A DNA stretch of 32,000 nt from Candidatus Saccharimonadota bacterium (GTDB lineage: Archaea > Nanohalarchaeota > Nanosalinia > Nanosalinales > Nanosalinaceae), in assembly GCA_001761425.1 (NCBI GenBank), contig CP012986.1:630001-662000 (forward strand), written 5' to 3'. Shown one piece after another: positions 23,785 to 32,000 of this stretch. Both the position numbers and the translations under genes were made by a program. The notes beneath the pieces were generated by a model. It ran no database searches, had not been told where the DNA came from, and was given only the letters and a program-made list of their open reading frames with translations. Within the stretch, counting starts at the first letter, position 1; each line of letters opens with the position of its first letter.

Positions 23785-24915
23785 TTAAAGGCCTGACAAG
23801 ATGGAGGCGATGTAACCTGCTGAGAGGAATGTCGCTGAGGCGCTTCCTAGAGTGACGAATAAAAATGTCAGCAGGATCCTGCCGACCTGGTTGCTCCAGA
23901 GATCCCGGTACTTCTCCAGGTAGGCTATATCTTCTGTTTCGCCGACTGTCGGAGGCCTTACCTTTCCCTCTGCATAGGCTGCTACCATCCCGGCACCCAG
24001 AGCAGGGTCCAGTGATGTCAAAGGAGCTGCGACAAAAGACGCCAACCAGGTTACAGGCGAGGCCCTGGCTATTATCGCACCAGTCATCGCCAGTATCCCG
24101 TTGCTGAGTATCCAGAAACCTGTAGCATTGATCCCTGCCGTGAAACCTATCTTCCAGAAGCTGTAGCCAAGGCCTGCGAGTATGAACGCTGGCATACCGT
24201 ATTTAACGGCCTTGAACCAGGGAAAACCCGGGTTTATCTCTTTTTCGACGTATTTTTTCTCCTCTTCGAGGCATTTGACAAGGCCTTCTACGTGGGCTGC
24301 TCCTACTACCATGACTGCGTGATCGAAGTCTTTTTCCAGCAGTTTTTCCGCCATGTATTCGTTTCTCTCGTCCAGGAATACTCTCTTCACTGTCGGGAAC
24401 TCTTCTTCCAGTTCACTGATCAATGTGTTGAGCATGTTGTCTTCTTTGAGATCCTCGACTTCCATATCTTCTTCTGCTGCGAACAGACTTGCGAGAAGTT
24501 TCATCTTCTCCCAGAAAGTAAGTTCGGAAAGCATCCGGGAGAAAGTCTCGCTTATCTCTCTGTCAAGCAGGGCGTAATCTATCTCAAGTTCCTCTGCTTT
24601 TTTTACACCGGCCATTAATTCTTTGCCGGGCTTGACGCCTTCCTCCAGGCCCATCCGCCTCTGGTAAATCGACATAACAAGGTTGATCAGCAGGAGAGGG
24701 CCTTTACCATTTCTTATGGCCTCTACTATATTCATATCGCTCCAGCCTGTTTTTTCCTTCAAGGACTTGAATCGGGATTCGTCAAGTTCTACGCCTATCA
24801 GGTCAGGCCTCTCTTCTTCTACGGTATCTTCGACTTCCTCTATGCTTTTCTCGGAGATATGTGCGGTTCCTATGACTGTGACTTCTCTGTCCCCGAGGTC
24901 TACGTGTTTCCTCAT
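23785..24915 (-). CDS. TraB/PrgY/GumN-family protein with a C-terminal membrane domain
   Basis: VTVIGTAHISEKSIEEV...PDLIGVELDESR...VVGAAHVEGL is the TraB-family signature. Several C-terminal TM helices. Confidence 0.75.
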   Translation of the reverse strand: MRKHVDLGDREVTVIGTAHISEKSIEEVEDTVEEERPDLIGVELDESRFKSLKEKTGWSDMNIVEAIRNGKGPLLLINLVMSIYQRRMGLEEGVKPGKELMAGVKKAEELEIDYALLDREISETFSRMLSELTFWEKMKLLASLFAAEEDMEVEDLKEDNMLNTLISELEEEFPTVKRVFLDERNEYMAEKLLEKDFDHAVMVVGAAHVEGLVKCLEEEKKYVEKEINPGFPWFKAVKYGMPAFILAGLGYSFWKIGFTAGINATGFWILSNGILAMTGAIIARASPVTWLASFVAAPLTSLDPALGAGMVAAYAEGKVRPPTVGETEDIAYLEKYRDLWSNQVGRILLTFLFVTLGSASATFLSAGYIASILSGL

Positions 24916-25006
24916 CTCTTACTTGAGGTTGGACAGTCTATCGTTAAAAACAAAATTGCCTGGGAGATGGAAACTTTCTTATTTAGAATCGATACACTAT
25001 GTAACA

Positions 25007-25678
25007 ATGATCAGGGTCGAAGAACTTGCGAAAAATTACGGCGATGTAGAGGCCTTAACATCTGTAGATATGGAAGTTGATGACGGTGAGATAGTAGGAG
25101 TCCTTGGAGCCAACGGTGCAGGAAAGTCTACGCTTGTACAGATACTTACAGGCCAGATAGACAGAGAGGATGGAGAAGTTGAGGTTCTAGGCCTTGATCC
25201 GCAGGAAAAACCTGTAGAGCTTCGTGATAAACTGGGTATTCTTCCAGAGAGGGAGGATCCTCCGAGCTTCCTGACGGGAAAGGAATATCTTGATTTTGTC
25301 TCTGAAGTCAGGGATGAGGGCATCGACAGAGAGTTCTGGAGTGAAAAGTTCAATCTTGAAGGAAAAATGGATAAGCTGACCTACACCCTTTCCAAGGGGG
25401 AACGTCAGAAACTTATGATCGTACAGGCCCTGTTCCATGAGCCTGAGCTTGTATTTATAGACGAACCGCTCGTCAACCTCGATCCTGTGATCCAGGAACG
25501 TGCGAAAAAACTTTTCAAAGAGAGAAGAGAGGCCGGTGGAACAGTATTCCTCTGCACACATGTTGTTTCCCTGGCCGAGGAAATATGCGACAGAGTTTTC
25601 TTCCTGAAAGACGGCGAGATAACAGAGGTTATCGAAGACCCGGAAAATCTTACAGAGAAATTCCTTGAACAAGAATGA
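25007..25678 (+). CDS. ABC transporter ATP-binding protein
   Basis: Walker A GANGAGKST, signature LSKGERQK, Walker B LVFIDEP. The track ORF (from 24683) includes a spurious extension antisense to TraB. ATG 25007 gives the normal N-terminus MIRVEELAKNYG. Confidence 0.9.
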   Translation: MIRVEELAKNYGDVEALTSVDMEVDDGEIVGVLGANGAGKSTLVQILTGQIDREDGEVEVLGLDPQEKPVELRDKLGILPEREDPPSFLTGKEYLDFVSEVRDEGIDREFWSEKFNLEGKMDKLTYTLSKGERQKLMIVQALFHEPELVFIDEPLVNLDPVIQERAKKLFKERREAGGTVFLCTHVVSLAEEICDRVFFLKDGEITEVIEDPENLTEKFLEQE

Positions 25679-26865
25679 AGAAAGAAGAAAGCCTTGTAAA
25701 GAGGATGATCAAAGAAGAGTGGAGAATGCACTCTACACTTTACAAAGGCCGAAGCTTCGCCTTCTTCCCAGTACTAGTATTCCTCTTCACATTTACCTTC
25801 GCCTACGCCACAGCAAAATACTCCACACTAGGCCCTGAACCCGTAGGCACAGCACTCGTAGTCCTAGCAGCGTTTCTAGGCCTCGGAATCGGAAACCTGA
25901 ACTACTCCGGCAGAGACGCATGGAGAAATCTTTTAGGAGACACAAGCTACCTCGTATACTCGTCCAGAACACTTCCGATCTCAAGAAAAAAGATACTTGC
26001 ACAGCTCGTACTGAAAGAACTGATCTATTACACAGGCCTGTTCCTGCTTCCTGTCGCCCTGGGAGGCCTCATCGGAACAGGATTCGAAGTTATCAAGGGA
26101 GCAACACTCATGATACCTGCTTTCCTGGGAGGAATCCTTGGAGGCCTCGTACTGGCCCAGTTCTCTATTGACGGGCCTTCACTGCATCTTTTCAACTTCG
26201 AGAGAAACAAGTTTATGGAACCTGTCGCGGACAAATCCCTGATGGATGTTCTCAGGTCTTCAGGAGGTTTCTTCAAGATATTTTTCTCCCTGGGCCTTCT
26301 GACTGCGTTCTATTGGTACGTGGTGCTTTACTTCCCGTTTACAAAGGTCCTGCTTAACAATCCGCTGATCTCATACAGCGTGATGATAGGCCTGCTGAAT
26401 CTGACAGTTTACAACTGGGTCAACAGGTTTGACGGACTCGAGGATTACACCCATCTGCCTCTGAGCAGGAGAAAAATCCTCAGCGGAAAGGAAGAGGCCT
26501 ACATGGCGATTACAGTTCCTCTGACGTTTGTACTGATCACGGTTTCATGGTGGTACTATCCTCACCACTATGTTCTGGCACTGGCGACAGCTCTCGGCAT
26601 GACACTGTATAACCTGGCTATTGCGATCTATACGACAGGCCTTGAACCAAATGACAGGATGTTCAACACCTGGACGTTCATCAAGTACATGCTACTGGAG
26701 AATCTGATCGCAGGACCGCTACTGGCACTTTCAATCATCTACACTCCGGTCTTAAGGCCTCTCTACATTGGAGTCCTCGGCTTTGCAGTCCTGGTCTCTA
26801 TAGTCTATCTCTACTATACAGATGAGAAACGGAGACAGAGGATACCCGGATTCAACCGCAGGTGA
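25675..26865 (+). CDS. Polytopic membrane protein, putative permease partner of the ABC ATPase
   Basis: About 10 hydrophobic segments. The start overlaps the ATPase stop (ATGA). No family signature recognised. Confidence 0.5.
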   Translation: MKKEESLVKRMIKEEWRMHSTLYKGRSFAFFPVLVFLFTFTFAYATAKYSTLGPEPVGTALVVLAAFLGLGIGNLNYSGRDAWRNLLGDTSYLVYSSRTLPISRKKILAQLVLKELIYYTGLFLLPVALGGLIGTGFEVIKGATLMIPAFLGGILGGLVLAQFSIDGPSLHLFNFERNKFMEPVADKSLMDVLRSSGGFFKIFFSLGLLTAFYWYVVLYFPFTKVLLNNPLISYSVMIGLLNLTVYNWVNRFDGLEDYTHLPLSRRKILSGKEEAYMAITVPLTFVLITVSWWYYPHHYVLALATALGMTLYNLAIAIYTTGLEPNDRMFNTWTFIKYMLLENLIAGPLLALSIIYTPVLRPLYIGVLGFAVLVSIVYLYYTDEKRRQRIPGFNRR

Positions 26866-26904
26866 GGAAAGCCCTTAACAGGTTCAGTGGATAAAAACTC
26901 AGGT

Positions 26905-27957
26905 ATGAAGATATACGAGAAACTGAAAGAACTCACACTGAACGTGGAAAAAGTTGAACTGGAGAGAAATGAGAAACAGGTAAATCCAGAGTTCAACCGT
27001 GTCACAACCACTGTAAAGCTGAAAGGCCCTGAAAAAACAGGTTACGGGGAAGATGTTATCTGGGACCCTGAGGAACACGACAGACTCCAGGAAAACATAG
27101 AAGAACTGACTTTGACAGAAGGTCATACACTGGAAGATTTTTCCGAAAGGCTTAGCCTCCAGGATCTTTTCTTCGGAAAAGAACCGTCCAGAGAAGACTA
27201 CAGAAACTACAGGACATGGGCATTTGAAAGCGCGGCGCTCGACCTTGCGTTAAAACAGAAAGGCATATCCCTGGCCGAGGCCCTGAGCCGTGAATACTCC
27301 AGGCTTAACTTTATCGCGAGTCCAGGCCTTGGAAACCCTCCGAGCTACGATAAAATCGAGAAAATCCAGAGCCAGGTCGATGTAGGCCTCAAGCTTGATG
27401 CTACAGATGACTGGAGCGAGGAACTGATCGAAAAACTTGCGGAGTCCGGAAAGGTCAGAGTAATCGACTTGAAAGGCCATTACGAGGACAAAGACGTTCG
27501 TCAGGAGGCAGATCCAGATCTTTACAGAAAAGTAATTGATCGTTTCCCGGAGGCCTTGATTGAGGATCCTGTGCTTAATGATGGCACAAGGCCTTTATTC
27601 GACGGCGAAGAGGAAAGAATTACCTGGGACGAACCGATAACAAGTGTAGGATCGATCAAGAGCCTTCCTTTCAAACCTGAGAAGATTAACATAAAGCCTT
27701 CACGGTTCGGTTCTGTAAGGAAGCTTCTGGACGCTATCGAATACTGCATCAACCACGAAATCCAGATGTACGGCGGAGGACAGTTCGAACTATCCAGAGG
27801 AAGAGAACACATTCACTCCATCGCCTCAGTTTTCTACCCAGAGGCAGACAGCGATATAGCACCGAGAAAATACAACGTACAGGAACCAAAGGATCTTCCA
27901 AGCCCTCCTCTGAAACCTGAAAAAGGCCTTGAAGGCCTCAACTGGAAATTCAAATAG
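26905..27957 (+). CDS. Enolase-superfamily-like (MR/MLE-type barrel) protein
   Basis: Ordered barrel-strand motifs GLKLDATDDW (xxDaN-like), ALIEDPV (iExP), ITWDEPI (DE) and INIKPSRFG (iKp). Specificity unknown. An alternative GTG start lies at 26887. Confidence 0.4.
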   Translation: MKIYEKLKELTLNVEKVELERNEKQVNPEFNRVTTTVKLKGPEKTGYGEDVIWDPEEHDRLQENIEELTLTEGHTLEDFSERLSLQDLFFGKEPSREDYRNYRTWAFESAALDLALKQKGISLAEALSREYSRLNFIASPGLGNPPSYDKIEKIQSQVDVGLKLDATDDWSEELIEKLAESGKVRVIDLKGHYEDKDVRQEADPDLYRKVIDRFPEALIEDPVLNDGTRPLFDGEEERITWDEPITSVGSIKSLPFKPEKINIKPSRFGSVRKLLDAIEYCINHEIQMYGGGQFELSRGREHIHSIASVFYPEADSDIAPRKYNVQEPKDLPSPPLKPEKGLEGLNWKFK

Positions 27958-28117
27958 TGGTTCACAGGTAGCAGAAATACTTCAACAATTTTACAGAACT
28001 GTGTCTTTTATCCTGTCTGAGAGATTTTTCGACGCATTCTGGAAAAGAGCTTTTAGATGGTAAAGGACTGTTTGGAGAGGTTATTGACTTAACTTTTGAT
28101 CCCCCAGTTTTTGATCA

Positions 28118-28444
28118 ATGGGATTTGAAGCTGTTGACCGTTTTCTCACACAGGATCTTGGAGAAACGTCTTCTGACAGTATTTTTATCGAGACCGATCA
28201 GCTCTGGGAAGGTGAAGGTCTTGAGCCAGGTTCACGTCAGAGGCTTTACGATGTTTTATCCGAAAACGATTACAGCCATGCCCTGGTACTGGTTCAGGGA
28301 GATCCCTACGAATTTGATTTGACAGGTTTTGAAAAAGCCGATTACAGGGTTGACCCCGATGGAGAGATAACCAGGGTAGATCCTGCGGAAGATATGATAG
28401 ATGAGATAGAGGCCTTTTACAGCGAGAAATATGGAAAACTGTAG
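28118..28444 (+). CDS. Hypothetical acidic protein (108 aa)
   Basis: Clean ORF with acidic composition. No family recognised. Confidence 0.45.
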   Translation: MGFEAVDRFLTQDLGETSSDSIFIETDQLWEGEGLEPGSRQRLYDVLSENDYSHALVLVQGDPYEFDLTGFEKADYRVDPDGEITRVDPAEDMIDEIEAFYSEKYGKL

Positions 28445-28559
28445 GGTGGGCTGAAGCGTCAATCACAGGAGAAAAAAATCTCCTGTTCAAGGCCTTTTCC
28501 GAGGAAAAAGCATAGCTTCCAAGCCCGACCCGCCCCGCATAGTTTCAGCGGAACTATTG

Positions 28560-28582
28560 GAAAAAACCCCGATTTACGGGGT
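28560..28582 (-). terminator. Hairpin plus T-run downstream of the minus-strand gene 28646..28933
   Basis: On the minus strand it reads ACCCCG-TAAAT-CGGGGT followed by TTTTTT. A second 8-bp hairpin ACAGGAGA-AAAAAA-TCTCCTGT lies at 28465-28486, behind the plus-strand gene. Confidence 0.45.
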
Positions 28583-28645
28583 CTACTTATCTTCAGTTAT
28601 CAAGTGTTATGACGTTAACTGTTGGAAAAAATCTTTGCCTAAAAT

Positions 28646-28933
28646 TTACCTGTATTCTTCATCTCTGGGGCCTTCTTCTCTGGCCTCTCGCTCTTTTTCA
28701 GGAGTCATTTCTGGCTCCTGATGTACTGAGCCTTCATCAATTTTCTCCATAAGATCTTTCACATCTTTTACAGCTTCCTCCAGTTTACCGGATTCTTTCT
28801 CGATTTCATGGCGTAGATCATCAAGTCTTATCTTCAGTACTTCCACCGTTTCATTCTCACGGTCAATATCTTCAACAAGTTTCTCACCGCTTTCCAGGAC
28901 ATCCTCAGCCTCTGCCACATCAACTCCAGCCAT
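28646..28933 (-). CDS. Hypothetical acidic coiled-coil protein (95 aa)
   Basis: Heptad-like E/K/L-rich sequence. No family recognised. Confidence 0.45.
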   Translation of the reverse strand: MAGVDVAEAEDVLESGEKLVEDIDRENETVEVLKIRLDDLRHEIEKESGKLEEAVKDVKDLMEKIDEGSVHQEPEMTPEKEREAREEGPRDEEYR

Positions 28934-29160
28934 AACACCAAGTTATCCTTTGAGGCCTTAAAAAATTGTTTTGGACTCTGACAGAGGAAGGGTTGCCGGT
29001 AGTTTCTTAAAAACTTCTGAAACAGTTAATTTTTACACATGAAATACAGCGCTAGTCCTGTAGAACAGGGTGGACGCGTTCTGGTGTATTCACGATAATT
29101 TCTTCAGCACCGGCTACAGCTTTTCCAAAATCTGTAAAAACTTCTTGAGGACGATCTTCT

Positions 29161-29892
29161 ATGTTTGACTCCAGGCATGAAGTCGCTGTCATAGATGCGA
29201 CCATGGAGTGGCCTAGATACAGCAACAGGTTCGATGAGCTTATCGGAGAGGAAATCCAGAAGTACAAGGCCATGAAACAGGAGTTCCCGGAGAATCCGGA
29301 AGTAGTGATCATATCAGGCTCAACGACAGGGATCTACGAAGACGAGGAATGGATAGACAAACTCGTCGAAAAGACCAGGAAATACATAGAAAACGACGTA
29401 CCAGTGCTAGGCCTCTGCTTCGGACACCAGATAATAGCGAAAGCCATGGGCGCAGAAGTTGTCCAGATGGATGACTACGAGATAGGCTACAGACCTGTCG
29501 AGTTCAGGGACAGCGAGATATTTGAAGGCCTTGACTCTGTAGAATACCCGTTTAACACCCATCAGGACAAAGTCATAGATATGCCAGAGGACCTGGAGCC
29601 TATCGCCGAATCCGACATCTGCAACCAGGGGATTCAGCACCGCAGTAAACCGGTTTACGGAGTCCAGTTCCACCCGGAGCTGACACCGCCGATAAAAAAG
29701 AAAGCAGTCCGTACCAAAGAACTAGAAGAACAGAGAAAGAAACGCCTGATGAAAGAGATCAACGAACCAAACTACGAGAGAGCGCAGAGAGTCCTCAAAA
29801 TCTTCGAAAACTTCTTTGAAGCCGCAAGACGCCACCACGCCTCAGGCTCCATAGGAGACGAAAAAGTCACCTCCGAAAGAACAGTCAAATAA
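29161..29892 (+). CDS. Class I glutamine amidotransferase (GATase1, GuaA-N-like stand-alone)
   Basis: Nucleophile elbow GLCFGHQ and catalytic GVQFHPE. Confidence 0.8.
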   Translation: MFDSRHEVAVIDATMEWPRYSNRFDELIGEEIQKYKAMKQEFPENPEVVIISGSTTGIYEDEEWIDKLVEKTRKYIENDVPVLGLCFGHQIIAKAMGAEVVQMDDYEIGYRPVEFRDSEIFEGLDSVEYPFNTHQDKVIDMPEDLEPIAESDICNQGIQHRSKPVYGVQFHPELTPPIKKKAVRTKELEEQRKKRLMKEINEPNYERAQRVLKIFENFFEAARRHHASGSIGDEKVTSERTVK

Positions 29893-29986
29893 AGGCCTCC
29901 ACGGGTCTTTACCCAACTTATCTTTTCTCTAGAAAAACTTTTCCCGTCTCCAAGGCCTATTTGCCAAACGCAGATGTTGTATGGGT

Positions 29987-30013
29987 TATGCGGGGCGGAG
30001 CATTCGAGAATTT
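29987..30013 (-). repeat. Degenerate tRNA 3'-end-like fragment about 30 bp beyond the tRNA-Leu 3' end
   Basis: TGCGGGGCGGAGCATTCGAG compared with the genuine tRNA end TGCGGGGGAGAAGATTCGAA (30043-30062). They share the acceptor-like TGCGGGG and T-loop-like ATTCGA. Confidence 0.3.
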
Positions 30014-30042
30014 GATGCTTCTTCGAGCAAATACGATGTGTT

Positions 30043-30125
<83 letters not shown>

Positions 30126-30300
30126 AAGATTTTGATTGGAAAACTGTGTGTAGCGTGGTGAGTAAGGCCTTATACAGGCTTTCAAAACTCGGGTATGTTT
30201 GTTTTTTACAGTAAAGGTTTTTAATGGGCCTGTTTTCGTCTCAGTCTGTAGGTTTTCGGTGTCCGGGAAATGGATTTAAGTTTGGGTTCGAAGGAGTTAT

Positions 30301-30960
30301 TTGTCAGGTGTTATTTTGCTGAATTATCAAGATTTCGAGGTGTTCTGGGATGGTCATGCCTCTGTTAGAGTTGAGGATGAAGATTTTACAGTCGCTGTAG
30401 ACCCGTGTAGTAAGGTTGGAACCGGTTTTACGGCGGATATCGTTCTTTTGACTCACGGTGATACAGGTCATTTCGATCCTGAGGCCTTGGAACAGGTTAA
30501 GGGGCCTAGGACTGTTCTTGTTGCACCTGATTCTATGAGGGACGAGGATTTCCCTGTTAGAGATGTCGAGTTTATCTCTGAGGGTGAGCATCTGGATATT
30601 TACAGTGTTGAGATCGAAGCCGTACCGATGTTCAACGAGGATCATTCTAGAGACAGTGGTGTCGGCTACAGGTTCGTCATGAGAGATAAGGCCTTCTACG
30701 TGGCGGGGGACACCGGGCTTCAGGATGAGTTGAGGGAGCTTGAGAACCGTGTGAACGTTGCCTTTCTGCCTGTGGATGGTGTCTATACTATGGATGTTGA
30801 GGAGGCGATCAAGGCTGCTGTAAAGATCAAGCCAGATATTGCAGTGCCGTATCACTATGGAGAGCCTTTTTTCGAGGATTTAGAGGTTGATCTCCGGGGT
30901 TTTGAGGCTGAACTGGTTGAGAGGAATATCGGCGTTGAAGTCCTTGACCCGGAAAAATGA
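30301..30960 (+). CDS. MBL-fold metal-dependent hydrolase (UPF0173-like), copy 1
   Basis: VFWDGHASVRV...VDP...LLTHGDTGHFD...VPYHYG. No ATG is present. The start is TTG at 30301 or 30316, so it is uncertain. Confidence 0.7.
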   Translation: MSGVILLNYQDFEVFWDGHASVRVEDEDFTVAVDPCSKVGTGFTADIVLLTHGDTGHFDPEALEQVKGPRTVLVAPDSMRDEDFPVRDVEFISEGEHLDIYSVEIEAVPMFNEDHSRDSGVGYRFVMRDKAFYVAGDTGLQDELRELENRVNVAFLPVDGVYTMDVEEAIKAAVKIKPDIAVPYHYGEPFFEDLEVDLRGFEAELVERNIGVEVLDPEK

Positions 30961-30988
30961 TTAATGCTTCGAGGCCTAAAACTTTGAT

Positions 30989-31681
30989 GTGATATCTATG
31001 AGAGGTTCTCATGAATTTGAAACTGTAGAGGTCGACTGGATCGACCATGCGACGGTAAAACTTAAAGACAGCGACGGTCTGGTCGTCTACATTGACCCGT
31101 GGAGCGACGTATTTGATGGTGAACAGGAGAAGGCAGATGTCATAGTCTCGACGCACGATCACTTCGACCATTTCGACAGGGAAGCGATAAAGGCCTTGAA
31201 GCAGAAAGATACGGTCCTTATTCTTACAGAGGATTCGGAGGACGATGCACCGGAAGAGATGGAGACAAAAGTTATCAGCCCAGGAAATTCGGTAGAGGCG
31301 CACGGTCACAGCTTCAGAGGTGTAGAGGCCTACAACGTTGACAAGTTCAGGGAGCCTGATACGCCTTTCCACCCTAAAGGCCTGTGTACAGGAGTTATCT
31401 TTGAACTCGACGGCTTAAAGTTCTACCATGCTTCAGATACAGATCCTATCGAAGAGATGGAGAAGTTATCGGAGGAAAAAATCGATGTAGCCTTCATGCC
31501 TGCCGGTGGACACTACACCATGGATCAGGAGGAAGCTATCGAAGCAGTGAAGAAGGTGAGGCCTGGAAAAGTCGTTCCGATACATTACGGCTACGTAGAC
31601 GAGACCACATGTGATACAGAGAAATTTGAAGAAGACATAACAGAGGGGACGGATTCAGAGGCCTTCATACTCGAAAACTGA
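30989..31681 (+). CDS. MBL-fold metal-dependent hydrolase (UPF0173-like), copy 2
   Basis: VDWIDHATVKL...IDPW...VSTHDHFDHFD...VPIHYG. Collinear paralog of 30301..30960. The start is GTG 30989 or ATG 30998. Confidence 0.75.
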   Translation: MISMRGSHEFETVEVDWIDHATVKLKDSDGLVVYIDPWSDVFDGEQEKADVIVSTHDHFDHFDREAIKALKQKDTVLILTEDSEDDAPEEMETKVISPGNSVEAHGHSFRGVEAYNVDKFREPDTPFHPKGLCTGVIFELDGLKFYHASDTDPIEEMEKLSEEKIDVAFMPAGGHYTMDQEEAIEAVKKVRPGKVVPIHYGYVDETTCDTEKFEEDITEGTDSEAFILEN

Positions 31682-31699
31682 AGGCCTCTACTAATTTTT

Positions 31700-32000
31700 T
31701 TATTTTACTGTCACGCTTTTCGCCAGGTTTCTCGGTTTGTCCGGGTTATGCCCCAGCTCTACTGATGTCAGGTAAGCGATCATCTGGAAAGGTGCGACCT
31801 CTACGATCTCTTCAAGGCCTTTATCCGGTATCTCGATGAAGTACTCGAATGAGGAAATTTCATTCTTTCCGACTCCTATAAGATCAGCTCCTCTGGACCT
31901 TGCTTCCGCTGCGTTAGAAACTATCTCGTCGTACCCATTGTCCTTAAGGAAAGCGACTACAGGAGTACCCTCTTCTACGAGCGCGAGAGTACCGTGCTTG
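31700..32000 (-). CDS. glmS: Glutamine--fructose-6-phosphate aminotransferase (isomerising), C-terminal end (5' part outside the window)
   Basis: The reverse-strand translation ends ...FQMIAYLTSVELGHNPDKPRNLAKSVTVK*, the hallmark GlmS C-terminus (DxPRNLAKSVTV). It is absent from the ORF track because it is open at the window edge. Confidence 0.85.
   Translation of the reverse strand, partial: KHGTLALVEEGTPVVAFLKDNGYDEIVSNAAEARSRGADLIGVGKNEISSFEYFIEIPDKGLEEIVEVAPFQMIAYLTSVELGHNPDKPRNLAKSVTVK

Noticed and set aside
24683-25006. A 108-codon N-terminal extension of the ABC ATPase ORF.
   Set aside because: It runs antisense through the TraB gene start and is S/T/L-rich junk. ATG 25007 gives the canonical ABC N-terminus about 30 residues before Walker A.
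28530-29998. A perfect 12-bp inverted repeat, CCGCCCCGCATA (28530-28541) and TATGCGGGGCGG (29987-29998), bracketing the coiled-coil and GATase genes. This could be read as element termini.
   Set aside because: In 32 kb, tens of 12-mer inverted matches are expected by chance (about 5e8 position pairs x 4^-12). The bracketed genes have normal AGGCCT density, and no integrase or transposase is present.

Overview
This is an archaeal chromosomal window. The evidence is an Orc1/Cdc6 fragment, an intron-containing tRNA, a class I LysRS and TATA-like AT-rich spacers. The proteome is strongly acidic and rich in E, D and K, and GC looks mid-40s % by eye. That suggests a low-GC halophilic, nanohaloarchaeon-like archaeon, but this is inference only. 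I support about 40 CDS and 3 tRNAs and see no CRISPR array, IS element or rRNA. Contents from left to right:
- Left end: Orc1/Cdc6 C-terminus coupled to a DUF123 GIY-YIG protein, then tRNA-Ala(CGC) with a ~67-nt intron and decayed copies of its 3' end. A FIST protein follows, with two tandem small acidic paralogs.
- Lysine supercluster: an Lrp/AsnC regulator, then dapA-dapB-lysC-asd, divergent from class II lysS and lysA, with dapD convergent to lysA.
- Middle: tRNA-Ala(GGC), then a block of small orphan genes, a 2Fe-2S ferredoxin, an S2P protease and the operon class I lysK-methyltransferase-rhomboid.
- Right end: a very basic low-complexity protein, TraB, an ABC pair, an enolase-superfamily-like protein, a GATase, tRNA-Leu(UAG), two tandem MBL-fold paralogs and the glmS 3' end.

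The most striking signal is not a gene. The 6-bp palindrome AGGCCT occurs about 140 times by my manual count, against roughly 6-8 expected from base composition. It appears in all three reading frames, in spacers and in a tRNA, so it behaves as a highly iterated palindrome. The second notable point is that complete class I and class II lysyl-tRNA synthetases lie within 10 kb of each other, with the class II enzyme embedded in the lysine-biosynthesis cluster.
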